Counted from the whole stretch's first letter, positions 50,170 through 62,964 are shown. The stretch: DNA of 63,899 bases, filler included, from Chiloscyllium plagiosum (GCF_004010195.1; 5 parts of one record of this genome joined end to end with filler, not necessarily neighbours in it), one strand, 5' to 3'. Notes: generated by a model not told the origin, from the sequence alone. Translations and numbers: made by a program.

Positions 50170-50317
50170 CATCATCTGAGGAGCAAGAGAGTCGAAGTTC
50201 CTTCCTGATGAAGGGCTAATGCCCGAAACATCGACTCTCCTGCTCCTCGGATGCTGTCTGACCAGCTGTGCTTTTCCAGCGCCACACTTTTCGACTTTGA
50301 CCTCCAGTCTCACTTTC
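50170..50317 (+). mobile_element. Solo PLE terminal repeat (family A) with a short inverted 5' arm
   Basis: CTGATGA A GGGC TAAT GCCC GAAA CATC followed by gactctcctgctcctcggatgc. The 5' catctgaggagcaagagagtcga is its inverted copy. Confidence 0.8.
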
Positions 50318-50735
50318 ACTCTGGCAGGACCAACATTGCTTGACCTCTAGGACAAGACACCATACTTGAATCCTTCTCTGCGTTGTCTCCAACATCTGAA
50401 TTCTGAACTGAGCACTTCTGAGCCTTTACCCAAGCCATCCTTATAAAGCTGTACTGTCATTAGCGGTCAGAAGTTTACCACCCCCTATCTTTTACGTACT
50501 GAGAGACTGATTCTCCATGCTAGAAAATTCCAAAGGTTTACAAATTCTCTGAGTAAAAACATATCTCCTCATCTCTGACCTTGATGGTATCCCCCTTATT
50601 TTTGACTTGTTTCCCTTGCTTCTAAAGTCTCTAGCAAGGGAACACATCTTATCTGCTTCACCCTGTCTATTCTTTCAAGTACATTTTTGAGATAACCTCT
50701 CATTCTTCAAAACTCTGCGAGATACAGCTCAGTTC

Positions 50736-51345
50736 GAGTACAGGAGTGGGGAGGTCATGTTGCAGCTGTCCAGGACATTGGTTAGGCCACTGTTGGAATA
50801 TTGCGTGCAATTCTGGTCTCCTTCCTATCGGAAGAATGTTGTGAAACTTGAAAGGGTTTAGAAAAGATTTACAAACATGTTGCCAGGGTTGGAGGATTTG
50901 AGCTAGAGGGAAAGGCTGAACTGGCTGGGGCTGTTTACCCTGGAACGTCGGAGGCTGAGGGGTGACCTTATAGAGGTTTGCAAAATTATGAGGGGCATGG
51001 ATTGGGTAAATAGGCAAAGTCTTTTCCCTGGGATGGGGGAGTCCAGAACTAGAGGGCATAGGTTCAGGGTGAGAGGGGAAAGATATAAAAGAGACCTAAG
51101 GGGCAACATTTTCACACAGAGGGTGGTACGTACATGGAATGAGGTGCCAGAGGATGTGGTGGCGGCTGGTACAATTGCAACATTTAAGAGGCATTTGGAT
51201 GGGTATATGAATAGGAAGGGTTTGGAGGGATATGGGCCGGGTGCTGGCAGGTGGGACTAGATTGGGTTGTGGTACCTGGTCGGCATGGACGGGTTGGACC
51301 GAAGGGTCTGTTTCCATGCTGTACATCTCTATGACTCTATGATTC
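50736..51345 (+). mobile_element. HER1/CR1 LINE 3' fragment
   Basis: RT C-terminus plus the ctctatgactctatga tail. Confidence 0.9.
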
Positions 51346-52668
51346 TAATCTCTCTTCATAACAATGTGGTTGGGAGTTAGTTACTCTCTGAGTAACTATC
51401 AAACTATTCAATTCAGTTAGGAGCTGGACAACAAAAGCTGGTGCTGCCAGAGATGCACACGTCAGCAATAAGCAAAACTTTTCAGATTAAGGGTCTATTT
51501 CTGTGTTGTACGTTTCTATGACTTTATTAAGCATTGAGTTTATTAAGAACCCTGATTCTTTATACTTTAACTTTATGCTTAACTACAACAACACAGTTAA
51601 TAAAAGAACACGTGTTGTTAATCGTCTAATGTCTCCTGGATAATGATTAACCTTAAGTGAGTTAGAGCCCTTCAAATATTTCAGCTTTAAGGGATTTTCT
51701 GGGGTGTTCTAAATGGAAGGGATTGCCTTTGGCGAATTCAATTTCGTGAGCAATTTATATAGGATCAGCTACACTGGGGAGTGTGAATGGTCCCAATTCA
51801 CAATTCCAGTCTATGCTGATCCAACAATTATCTGTCCGTTGCACTATTAGGATCATATTGTGCTTCATGGCCTCAGGATGTTGCAAACTGCTTGAATGTG
51901 AATTCAATACTTTTTTGAAAATGCTGCCACTTTGGAAATCTGGAAAGCACGGCAGCTTTATGCCTGTCAAGTTTTCACGAGCAACAGTACGAACACGCTC
52001 ATATCAACAGCTGCCCATTTATTTCTTCCGATCTGCAAATTTAACCTTTAAGAATCATTATTATTTTCACCTATTATTTCCTACACTCCCTTATTTATCG
52101 TAATTAATTCTGCAAATTCGAAGCACAAAGTTCCTCAATTCTCAAACTTATTTAAAAACCTTTCGCAGGTCCCAAAGCAGGGCCTGGACAGGTAGTGAAG
52201 GCACCCATTCACTTCCTTTACTGGGTATTGCCTGACCTCCGCTGCTACCCTTTGTGTCTGTGCTGAACGGCAACACATTAACCCAGTAATTCTGGCTGAG
52301 GGGCGAAGCTCAGAAAGGCAACGCAAGGTAGGGAGGCCTGAGCATCCAGGGAAGGTTAGAGTGAGAGAAGAGCCTGGTCTAGTCCATGAACACACAGTGC
52401 CCACGCTGTAGCGTTACAATGAGAGTTATCAGGGCAGCCTGAAGTGCAGAATTGTCCTAGAAATGAATTGGAATTTGGACCAGCTTTAAAGTCACACGTA
52501 CTCAAATGTGTGCAGTGAAGAGTTTGTGTGTGGCCGCTGAGAGAACCACCTTATATACAAAAGTACCTAGGTCCGGTTACAAAAAAAATGGCCGGCATTG
52601 CAGAAATACAAGTTCAGAACAACGGTCTTCACCAACCCAGATCCCGCTGTCCCCTCGCCTCCAGTCAA

Positions 52669-53505
52669 CACCGAGACTTGGCTCCAGTCCGCACCGGGAC
52701 TTGGCTCCAGTCCGCACCGGGACTTGGCTCCAGTCTGCACCGGGACTTGGCTCCTGTCTGCACCGGGACTTGGCTCCAGTCCGCACCGGGACTTGGCTCC
52801 AATCTGCACCGGGACTTGGCTCCAGTCCGCACCAGGACACGGCTACAGTCTGCACCGGGACTTGGCTCCAGTCTGCACCGGGACTTGGTTCCAGTCTGCA
52901 CCGGGACGTGGCTCCAGTCTGCACCGGGACTTGGCTCCAGTCCGCACCGGGACACGGCTACAGTCTGCACCGGGACTTGGCTCCAGTCCGCACCAGGACT
53001 TGGCTCCAGTCTGCACCGGGACTTGGCTCCTGTCTGCACCGGGACTTGGCTCCATTCCGCACCGGGACTTGGCTCCAGTCCGCACCGGGACTTGGTTCCA
53101 GTCTGCATCGGGACTTGGCTCCAGTCCGCACCGGGACTTGGCTCCAATCCACACCGGGACTTGGCTCCAGTCCGCACCGGGACTTGGTTCCAGTCTGCAC
53201 CGGGACTTGGCTCCAGTCCGCACCGGGACTTGGCTCCAGTCCGCACCGGGACTTGGTTCCAGTCTGCATCGGGACTTGGCTCCAGTCCGCACCGGGACTT
53301 GGCTCCAATCCACACCGGGACTTGGCTCCAGTCTGCACTGGGACTTGGTTCCTGCCTGCACCGGGACTTTGCTCCTGTCTGCACCGGGACATGGCTACAG
53401 TCTGAACCGGGTCTGGGCTCCATTCCGCACTGGGACTTGACTTCAGTCAAAACTGGGACTTGGCTCCAGTCTGGACCGCGACTTGGCTCCAGTCTCACCA
53501 GGACT
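52669..53505. repeat. 23-bp GC-rich minisatellite (consensus GCTCCAGTCYGCACCGGGACTTG), about 36 units, running into a gap
   Basis: Direct 23-bp periodicity. The unit has no stop codon, which produces spurious 23-aa-repeat ORFs in all six frames. Confidence 0.95.
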
Positions 53506-53605
53506 NNNNNNNNNNNNNNNNNNNNNNNNNNNNNNNNNNNNNNNNNNNNTTAATTAATTAANNNNNNNNNNNNNNNNNNNNNNNNNNNNNNNNNNNNNNN
53601 NNNNN
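53506..53605. other. Artificial assembly spacer
   Basis: 44 N + TTAATTAATTAA + 44 N. Confidence 0.95.
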
Positions 53606-53900
53606 TCCTTCCTTGACAGCCTATGCTCCCAACTTATGCTCCTCGGATCCTGTCTTACAGCATCGTAATTACCCTTTCCCCAATTGTAAAACCTACCCTG
53701 TTGCACGGACCTATCTCTCTCCATAACCAAGGTGAAAGTCACAGAATTGTAGTCACCATCACCAAAATGTTCACCCACTAACAAGCCCATCACTTGTCCC
53801 GGTTCATTACCGAGTACCAAATCCAAAATGGCCTCCCCTCTGGTCGGACAATCTCCATACTGAGTTAGAAAAGCCTCCTGGACACACTGCACAAACACCG
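53606..53900 (-). mobile_element. CR1 LINE endonuclease fragment
   Basis: FLTQY..CPTRGEAILDLVLGNEPGQV..L.VGEHFGDGDYNSVTF. Confidence 0.85.
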
Positions 53901-54751
53901 CCCATCCAATCTACTTGATATAAATGTTCTATGTTCTATGTGAAGCAGTTGTTACTATAGGGAGAAATCTGTGAAATATTTATCCCTATTGTCTATAGAA
54001 ATCACTTCATCCATAAAATTATTCCAATGTATGTAACAGATAAATTTATTGGGTCTACCTTTTTATGTTTTTTATACACAGAATTCAGCAACGCTCAATG
54101 AACAGCAACAGATAGCACAAACTCAATGCCAAAGGTATCCACTGAGATGTATGGAACAATAGCTTCCTCAGTCCACTTTGCTCTCATGCTAAACAGGCTG
54201 TTGAAACATTCTCTGGCAGATCCTCGACATTTTGTTGAAAAATCACTTGTGGCCTTGAATTTCAACTTCAAGAGCCACACCCTTAAGTTGATCCAGTCTC
54301 TGCATTATATTGTATCCACCACTTTTCCACTTATTTCACTAAAATGTGTATGGCATTTTGAAATTCTACCTTCTAGAAATCAACTATATTACATCCAATG
54401 GCAGAACCCTTAGTAACATCAACATACAGGCGATCTAAACGTGTAGGTCCACAGTTCCCTGAAAGTGGCAACACAAGTGAATAAGATAGTGAAGAAGACA
54501 TATGGCATATGCTTGCCTTCATCGGTCAGGGCAGAGAGTATAACAATTGACAAGCCATGTACAGAACTTTAAGAACCTTCTGGAATATTGTGCACAGTTC
54601 TGGTCACCATACTATGAGAAGTATGTGGAGGCTTTGGAGATGGTCCAGAAATGATTTACCAGGATGTTGCCCAGTTTGGATCATTTGGTTATGAGGAGTG
54701 ATTGGACAAATTCAGTTTGTTTTCACTTGAATTTTGAAGGATAGAGGTTTA

Positions 54752-55025
54752 CAACTTTTTTTCCATTCATGTGATGTGGGGGTCGCTAGCTGTGCCAGCA
54801 TTTATTGCCCAGCTGTAATTGCCCAGAAGGCAGTTGAGAGTCAACCACATTGCTGTGTGTCTGGAGTCACATGTAGGCCACACCAGATAAGGATGGCAGT
54901 TTCCTTCCCTAAAAGGCACAAGTGAACCAGATGGTTTTTTTTTTGACAAACATCAATGGATTCATGGTCACCATTAGACTGTTAATTCCAGATTTTGTGT
55001 TGTATTCAAATTCCATCATCTGCCT
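54752..55025 (-). mobile_element. SINE related to 25258-25612 (tail shared with the second LINE family)
   Basis: The minus strand has ccatctggttcact..tgccttttagggaaggaaactgcc...ataaatgctggcacagctagcgacccccacatcacatgaatgg. Confidence 0.6.
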
Positions 55026-56004
55026 TAGACATTTCCAGAATCTAAGTATTCTTGGAAGATTACTATCAGTGTATCAACTATCTCTGTAGCTACTTGCTTT
55101 AATATCCTAGGATGTAAGGTTTTAGGTTCAGGGTCCCAGATATTTGGCCTTAGACCCATTAGTTTCCCTCGTCCATTTTGTCCAGTGATAGTTATTGCAT
55201 TTATTTCCCTTCCTCCATTGATCCCTTGATTGTTTGTAATGCTATTTGTGCTATCTGTGGTGAAGACTGATGCAAATCATTTACTCACTCCTTTGTCATT
55301 TCCTTGTTCCCCATTATTATTTTCCAAACCTTGTTCTCTGTGGAACTTATGTTAAAACTTGACCTCTGTCAATCTTTCTCGACATTTAAATAAGTTCTTG
55401 CTGGGTTTTTTTTGGTATTGCTTGCAAGTTTACACTCAACTTTTATTTCCTCTCTCTTTTTATTTTTGGACAATGTTTCATTGGGTTTTAAAACTTCCCA
55501 AAACTCTGGCTAACCACTAATCTTTGCCACTTAGTTTTGATTCTTTCAATTTGATGCTGTCCTTAACTTCCTTAGAATCATCGAAATGATCCAGACACTT
55601 AGCTGCCCTTGGTAGTCCCATTTTCCTGCAGATGGCCCATAGCACTGCAGCTTACAGCATTTAAGGTGCAGACTCAGATATTTTTTGACAGAGATTAGAG
55701 TCTGTGACTCCACCACCAACTCAGGGAGTGAATTCCAGACACCCATCACCCTCTTATGTATAAAAACATTTCCTCACGTCCCCTCTAATCCTTCTGCCTG
55801 TGTCCTATGCAGTTTCATCATTATACCTCTACTTTTGTACTCCATTCCTCTGCCAATGAAGGAAAGCATTCCATATGTCTTCCTTACAACCTTACGTACC
55901 TGCACTGCTATTTTTAGGGGCTGGTGTACTTGCACACAAAGATCTCTCACTTCATCCATCCCTCCCAGTATTTTCCCATTTATTATGTATTCTATTTTAC
56001 AGTT

Positions 56005-57751
56005 TTTTAATTCATTTGTGAGACTTGGGGATCAGTGGCTGGCCAGCATTGATAGCCCATCCCTAGTTGCTCCTTGAGAAGGTGGTGGTGAGCTGCCTTC
56101 TTCAGTTGCTGCAGTCCACCTGCTGTGGGTTGACCCACAATACTGGTCGGGAGAGAATTCCAGGATTTTGACCCAATGCCTATGAAGGAACGGCGGTATA
56201 TTACCATGTCAGGATGGTGAGTGGCTTGGAGGGAAACTTGCAGGTGGTGGTGGTCCCAAGTATCAGCTGCCCTTGCCCTATGAGATGGAAGTGGCCATGG
56301 GTTTGGAAGGTGCTGTCTAAGGATCTTCGGTGAATTTCTGCAGTGCATCCTGTAGATAGTACACACTGCTGCTACTGAGCGCCAGTGGTGAAGGATCGAC
56401 TGATTGTAGATGTGGTGCCAACCAAGCTGGTTGCTTTGTCCTGGATGGTGTCAAGCTTCTTGAATGTTGTTGGAGCTGCACCCATCCAGGCAAGTGGGGA
56501 GTATTCCATCACACTCCTGACTTGAGCCTTGTAGATGATGGACAGACCTTGGGGTGTCAGGATGTGAGTTACTCGCTGGAGTATCCCTAGTCTCTGACCT
56601 GCTGTTGTAGCCACTGTGTTTAGATGGTGTGTTCAATTGAGTTTCTGGTTAATGGTAACCTCAAGGATGGTGACAGTGGCAGATTCAGTGATGGCAATAC
56701 CGTTGAATGTCAAAGGGCAATGGTTAGAGTGTCTCTTATTGGTGATGGTCATTGTCTGGCATTTGTGTGGCACAAATGGTTAGCACTGCTGCCTCACAGC
56801 GCCAGAGACCCGGGTTCAATTCCCGACTCAGGCGACTGACTGTGTGGAGTTTGCACATTCTCCCCGTGTCTGCGTGGGTTTCCTCCGTGTGCTCCGGTTT
56901 CCTCCCACAGTCCAAAAGATGTGCACGTCAGGTGAATTGGCCATGCTAAATTGACCGTAATGTTAGGTAAGGGGTAAATGTAGGGGAATGGGTGGGTTGC
57001 GCTTCGGCGGGTCGGTGTGGACTTGTTGGGCCGAAGGGCCTGTTTCCACACTGTAAGTAATCTAAATGCTACTTGCCACTTGTCAGCCCAATCCTGCATA
57101 CTGTCCAGATTTTGTTGCATTTGAGAATGGACTTCTGCAGTATTTGAGGAATCGCGAATGATGCTGAACACTGTGCAATCATTGTGAACATCCCCACTTC
57201 TGACTTTATGAAGAGGGAAGATCATTAATGAAGCAGCTGAAGATTGTTGGGCCTAGGACACTACCCTGAGGGACTCCTGCAGAGATGTCCTGGAGCTGAG
57301 ATGACTGATCCCCCAACAAACACAATCATCTTCCTATGCACCAGGTATGACCCCAACCAGGAAGAGACATTGCTCCTGATACCCATTGACTCCAGTTTTG
57401 TTCGGGTTACTTGATGCCATACTTGGTCAAATGCAGCCTTGATGTCAAGGGCTGTGACTCTCCCCTCCCCTCTGGAATTCAACTCTTTTGTCCATGTTTG
57501 AACCGTGGCTGTAATGAGGTCAGGAGCTGAGTGGTCCTGGCGAAACCCAAACTGGGCATCACTGAACAGATTATTGCTGAGCAGATGCTGCTTGAGAGCA
57601 TTGTTGATGACACCTTCCATCACATGACTAATAATCGAGAATACTCTAATGGGGTAGTAATTGGTTGGTTTGGAGTTGTCCTGCTTTCTGCGTACAGGAC
57701 ATACCTGAGCAGTTTTCCACATTGTCGGGTATATACCAGTGTTGTAACTGT
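56005..57751 (-). mobile_element. Second LINE family (CR1/L2 group) RT region to 3' end
   Basis: WKTAQVCPVRRKQD...NYYPIRVFSIISHVME...QFGFRQDHS...ALDIKAAFDQVWH, and IYKAQVRSVMEYSPLAW. Confidence 0.85.
56768..57066 (+). mobile_element. HE1-type V-SINE nested in a LINE
   Basis: Box B and V-core intact. The host sequence resumes after a duplicated aaatg. Confidence 0.88.
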
Positions 57752-59690
57752 AGAGTCATAGAGATGTACAGCATGGAAACAGACCCTTTGGTCCATGCCG
57801 ACCGGATATCTCAACCCAATCTAGTCCAACCTGCCAGCACCCGGCCCATATCCCTCCAAACTCTTCCTATTTATACACCCATCCAAATGCCTTTTAAATG
57901 TTACAATTGTACCAGCATCCATCACATCCTCTGGCAGCTCATTCCATACACGTACCACCCTCTGCGTGAAAGTGTTGCCCCTTAGGTCTCTTTTATATCT
58001 TTCCCCTCTCACCCTAAACCTAGGCCCTCTAGTTCTGGACTCCACAACCCCAGGGAAAAGACTTTGTCTATTTACCCTATCCATGCCCCTCATTATTTTG
58101 TAAACCTCTATAAGGTCACCCCTCAGCCTCCGACAATCCAGGGAAAACAGCCTCAGCCTGTTCAGCCTCTCCCGATAGCTCAAATCCTCCAACCCTGGCA
58201 ACATCCTTGTCAATCTTTTNNNNNNNNNNNNNNNGCACAGTGGTTAGCACTGCTGCCTCACAGCGCCAGAGACCCGGGTTCAATTCCCGCCTCAGGCGAC
58301 TGACTGTGTGGAGTTTGCATGTTCTCCCCGTGTCTGCGTGGGTTTCCTCCGGGTGCTCCGGTTTCCTCCCACCATCCAAAGATGTGCAGAATCAGGTGAA
58401 TTGGCCATACTAAATTGCCTGTAGTGTTAGGTAAGGGGTAAATGTAGGGGTATGGGTGGGTTTCGCTTCGGCGGGTTGGTGTGGACTTGTTGGGCCAAAG
58501 GGCCTGTTTCCACACTGTAATCTAATCTAATCTAATCTAATCTGATCAATGTCCTGTACATCCGCAACATGACCTCCCAACTCCTGTACTCAATACTCTG
58601 ACCAATAAAGGAAAGCATACCAAACACCTTCTTCACTATCCTATCGATCTGCGACTCCACTTTCAAGGAGCTATGAACCTGCACTCCAAGGTCTCTTTGT
58701 TCAGCAACACTCCCTAGGACCTTACCATTAAGTGTATAAGTCCTGCTAAGATTTGCTTTCCCAAAATGCAACACCTCGCATTTATCTGAATTAAACTCCA
58801 TCTGCCACTTCTCAGCCCATTGGCCCATCTGGTCCAGATCCTGTTGTAATATGAGATAACCCTCTTTGCTGTGCCATCTGCAAACTTCCCAACTGTGCCC
58901 CCAACGTTCAAGTCTAAATTGTTAATGTGTAAACCAAACAGCAGGAGGTGCCAACACAGAGCCCTACAGAACACCACCTGAAACACCTTTCCATTTGTAA
59001 GGGCAGCCATTGATCATTCCCTTTCACTTTTTGTCACTGAGCCAATTTTGGATATAAATTGACACATTTCTCTGTATCTCATGGGCTTTTATTTTCTGAA
59101 CCAGTCTGAATGTCGGACTTCGTCAAATACCTTCCTAAACTCCATGTAGACAACACCCACTGCACAATACCTCTCGATCCTCCTTGTCATGTCCCCAAAG
59201 AATCCAGTTAAATTTCTAAGATGTGACTTTCACTAAACAAAGCCATGCTGCTATACCTGACTAGTCCATGCCTTTCTAAGTGACGGTTTATCCAATCTCT
59301 TGGGATTAATTCTAACAATTTGCTCACAACTGAAGTGAAGCTGACTGAGCTATAATTGTTAGGCATTACCATTGTTCCCTTTTAAAATAGTGGAACCACA
59401 TTTGCATTTCTCCAGTCCTTTGGTACCTCACCTGTGTTTAGTGAGGATTGGGAAAATAATCCTCAGAGCATTGCTATTTCCTCCCTAACCTCCTCCAACA
59501 TCCTGGGGAGCAATCCATCCAGCCCTAGTCGCTTATTCCTAATTTTCAATGATTTCAACTCCTCCAACTCATCCTCTCATTATGATTATTTGGCTGAATA
59601 TTTCAAATAAGATTGCTCCTCTTGGATTCCTATATCTACATCATTCCTTTCCTTTGTGAATTTGGAGACAAAAACTATTTTAAAATTTTT
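57752..59690 (-). mobile_element. HER1/CR1 LINE 3' region (young part 57752-~58860, older part to ~59690), interrupted by a gap and a SINE
   Basis: WAEKWQMEFNSDKCEVLHFGK, and RMLPGLEDLSYRERL. The 3' tail is at 57752. Confidence 0.8.
58235..58543 (+). mobile_element. HE1-type V-SINE nested in CR1
   Basis: Near-identical to 56768-57066, with a (TCTAA)n tail. The 5' end lies in the 15-N gap. Confidence 0.9.
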
Positions 59691-59699
59691 CGGTTATTT

Positions 59700-60402
59700 G
59701 GGTGCAACTGAGAAATAAGAAAGGGATAATCACCTTATTGGGATTGTATTATAGACCACCTAATAGTCAGAGGAAAATTGAGAAACAAACTTGTAAGGAG
59801 ATCTCAGCTATCTATAAGAATAATAGGATGATTATGGTAGGGGATTTTAACTTTCCAAACATTGACTGGGACTGTCATCGTGTTATGGGTTTAGACGGAG
59901 AGGAATTTGTTAAGTGTGTATAAGACAATTTTCTGATTCAGTATGTGGATGTACTTACTAGGCAAAACTTGAACTACTGTTGGGAAATAAGGCAGGGCAG
60001 GTGACTGAGGTGTCAGTGGGGGAGCACTTTGGGGCCAGCGACCATATTTCTGTTAAATTTAAAATAATGATGGAAAAGGATAGACCAGATCTAAAAGTTG
60101 AAGTTCTAAATTGGAGAAAGGCCAATTTTGACGTTATTAGGCTAGAACTTTCGAAAGCTGATTGGGGGCAGATGTTCGCAGGTAAAGGGACGGCTGGAAA
60201 ATGGGAAGCCTTTAGAAATGAGATAACGAGAACCCAGAGAAGGTATGTTGGGGTGAAAGGGAAGGCTGGTAGGTATAGGGAATGCTAGATGACTAAAGAA
60301 ATTGAGGGTTTGGTTAAGAGAAAGAAGGAAGCATATGTAAATTATTTACAGGATAGATCGAGTGAATCCTTAGAAGTAGGAGTAGGAGTATACTTAAGAG
60401 GG
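59700..60402 (+). mobile_element. CR1 LINE endonuclease region
   Basis: LGLYYRPPN...MVGDFNFPNIDW, and GEHFGASDH. Close paralog of 960-1570. Confidence 0.85.
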
Positions 60403-60664
60403 TAAAACTTTATTGCTGGAACAGCACAGCAGGTCAGGCAGCATCTAGGGAACAGAAGATTCGACGTTTCGGGCACATGCCCTTCTTCAGGAATCAATTC
60501 CTGAAGTTCAGAGGAGATGACCTGGGGTGTGCAGTGAGAGAGGGACTCACTGAAATCTTTATAGAGAGAGGCAGAGAGCTTCTTCAAGGAAGGCATCCTT
60601 GTAAGAGGATTCGCAGTAGGTTGAAATCTTCGAGGAGAAAGTGAGGTCTGCAGATGCTGGAGAT
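60403..60664 (-). mobile_element. PLE family A: end of one terminal repeat, putative ORF start and a second terminal repeat
   Basis: The minus strand reads atctccagcatctgcagacctcactttctcc, then MPSLKKLSASLYKDFSESLSHC..., then the hammerhead-bearing repeat. Confidence 0.75.
60458..60495 (-). ncRNA. Minimal type I hammerhead ribozyme motif (PLE-associated)
   Basis: RNA: GAUUC CUGAAGA A GGGC AUGU GCCC GAAA C GUC GAAUC. This gives a 5-bp stem I, intact core, 4-bp stem II, ACGU palindromic helix III and a GUC cleavage triplet. Confidence 0.75.
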
Positions 60665-60764
60665 NNNNNNNNNNNNNNNNNNNNNNNNNNNNNNNNNNNN
60701 NNNNNNNNTTAATTAATTAANNNNNNNNNNNNNNNNNNNNNNNNNNNNNNNNNNNNNNNNNNNN
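60665..60764. other. Artificial assembly spacer
   Basis: 44 N + TTAATTAATTAA + 44 N. Confidence 0.95.
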
Positions 60765-61110
60765 ATTATGAGGGGCATGGATAGGATAAATAGGCAGGGT
60801 CTTTTCCCTGGGGTCGGGGAGTCCAGAACTAGAGGGCATAGGTTTAGGGTGAGAGGGGAAAGATATAAAATGGGCTTTTTCGCACAGAGGGTGGTACGTG
60901 TGTGGAATGAGCTGCCAGAGGATGTGGTGGAAGCTGGTACAATTGCAACATTTAAAAGGCATTTGGATGGGTATATGAATAGGAAGGGTTTGGAGGGATA
61001 TGGGCGCTGGCAGTTGGGACTAGATTGGGTTGGGATATCTGGTTGGCATGGACGGGTTGGACCGAAGGGTCTGTTTCAATGCTGTACATCTCTGTGACTC
61101 TATGACTCTA
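60765..61110 (+). mobile_element. HER1/CR1 LINE 3' fragment
   Basis: MRGMDRINRQGLFPGVGESRTRGHRF, and a gactctatgactcta tail. Confidence 0.9.
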
Positions 61111-61662
61111 AGTTGTTCCCCCTCTGAGATTTGACCTGAGTTTCTCTTGCTTCTCTACATGTTGTCATATCCCTTGAAGGTTACATTCTTGTTGTGACAA
61201 CAATAACTATTCACACTGTGATATGATCTCAGACTCACACATTATCTGTGTGCTGTGTTTACTGATGGAATGATGCACTGATTGTAATTTAACAAAGGTT
61301 CTGTTTCTCTCTCTTGTACCTCCTCCTACACCACGACAATTACTGGGATGTTTTTGTATTCTCTACAGTGGAGACAGAAGCAAAACATGTGTTCATTTCA
61401 TCCACCATTCCCTGATTACCTACAAGGGGCTCCTCATTCTCACCCTCTAGAGGACCACACTAACTTTATTTGTTCTTTTTCGTAATTACATGTAGAAACT
61501 CTTGCTGAGTTTTTAATATATTTCTAGCCAGCTTCCTGTCACACTCTACTTTCTTCATATTGATTAACCTTCTTGTCTTTCTGCGATGTTCCTCATAACC
61601 TGACCTGCCAATCGTCTTTGCACAATTATATGTTTTGTCCTTAAGTCAGATGCTTTCTCTAG

Positions 61663-61756
61663 AAGGGCTTTTGCCCGAAACGTCGATTTTGCCTGTCCTC
61701 GGATGTCGGATGCTGCCTGAATTGCTGTGCTCTTCCAGCACCACTAATCCAGAATC
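61663..61756 (+). mobile_element. 94-bp solo PLE terminus (family A) with a 12-bp TSD
   Basis: aagggcttttgcccgaaacgtcg... flanked by TGCTTTCTCTAG at 61651-61662 and 61757-61768. Confidence 0.85.
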
Positions 61757-62964
61757 TGCTTTCTCTAGCTGCTTCAATTAACCTCCCTTTCGAATTCTAA
61801 TGTAAATTGGCTTCTTCAAGCACAGGGGAGGTGATGATGGCACTGTACATTAGGTACATTCCAGGCGGCAACATTTAGGCGCTAGAGATTCACTATCATC
61901 TCCATGTTGCTCTCCTGTGAATGTGAGGAGGCTGTATCATTGGGGTTTTTCCACTGCAGAACTGACCAAACATTACTGTCACGGCCTTTATGACAGCACT
62001 TTACGTGTAGAGAACTGCTCTGAATACCTGTTGACAATTCAACCCTGCAATCAGCGTTGAAAGGCTTTTGAGTTCTTTCCAGAAGTTGTGTTCACAGAAT
62101 TCTCCAAAACTGTTGTCAGCTGGAGAAAGTGGTTGCAGGCTAATCCTACCCTGTCTCAAACTATCAGAACTTGACCTGTAATAAACTCAGAAGAACTTCC
62201 CCTGTATTAATGAAGCATAATATCCTCACTTTACCTTCAAAGTCTCTCTCGATAAAGGATCACATTCCCTTAGACCATGAGACATAGAATCAGTAGCAGG
62301 CCATTCAGCCCATTAAGTCTGTTCCATCATTCAATGACTGATCTCGTAATCCTGAAATGCACTTTCCTTCTTTTTCCCCACAATCCTGCCTCCCGCGCTG
62401 ATTAAAAATCTGTCTGTCTCAGCCTTGAATATACTGAATGACCCAGCCCAGACACTCTCCAGCAATGTATTTGGTACAGTTCACCTGTCGGGCATCGTAC
62501 ACACTCTCCTTTTTTAATTTCATCAGTTTATATGTCTTCCCAATTTTTGGACCATCAGTCAACCAGATGGTTAACGCCATATTTCAACCTTTGGATTCCA
62601 GATTCAAATTGTTAAATTGGTCTCCCTCAGCAGTTTTCTTTTGTACTTAAATTGTCATCATTGAATAATCTCTTTGTCTTTCCTGATGCTGACTCATCGT
62701 GTGTGTTTGTGTGTGTCCCCGTGTTCTCAAGATGTGAATGTGTCTATGAAATGAACCGTCCTCTGGTTCAACCTTACGACAGTGTTATTGCAGTCCTTAC
62801 CAAGTCAGAGTCCACCAACAGAGGGAGTGAGGAGAGACATCCTCCTCGCTTCAAAATTAGGAGAAATATCAAATCATAATCTCCTCACGGGCAGGTGGTG
62901 AGATCAGGGAGAGATGTGTTTAAAAACCAACTATATGTCCTTAACAAAGGTGGGGGGGACTGTT

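Noticed and set aside
52506..53553. Long ORFs (up to 341 aa) in all six frames, and a CRISPR-like periodic appearance
   Set aside because: These are a by-product of a stop-free 23-bp tandem repeat. There are no unique spacers and no cas genes, and the context is eukaryotic.
62028..62175. 148-nt AG/GT-bounded segment on the minus strand with one open frame (SSSDSLRQGRISLQPLSPADNSFGEFCEHNFWKELK...)
   Set aside because: It does not resemble kanadaptin or any protein I recognise, and its open frame ends in phase 0 while the next SLC4A1AP exon needs phase 1.
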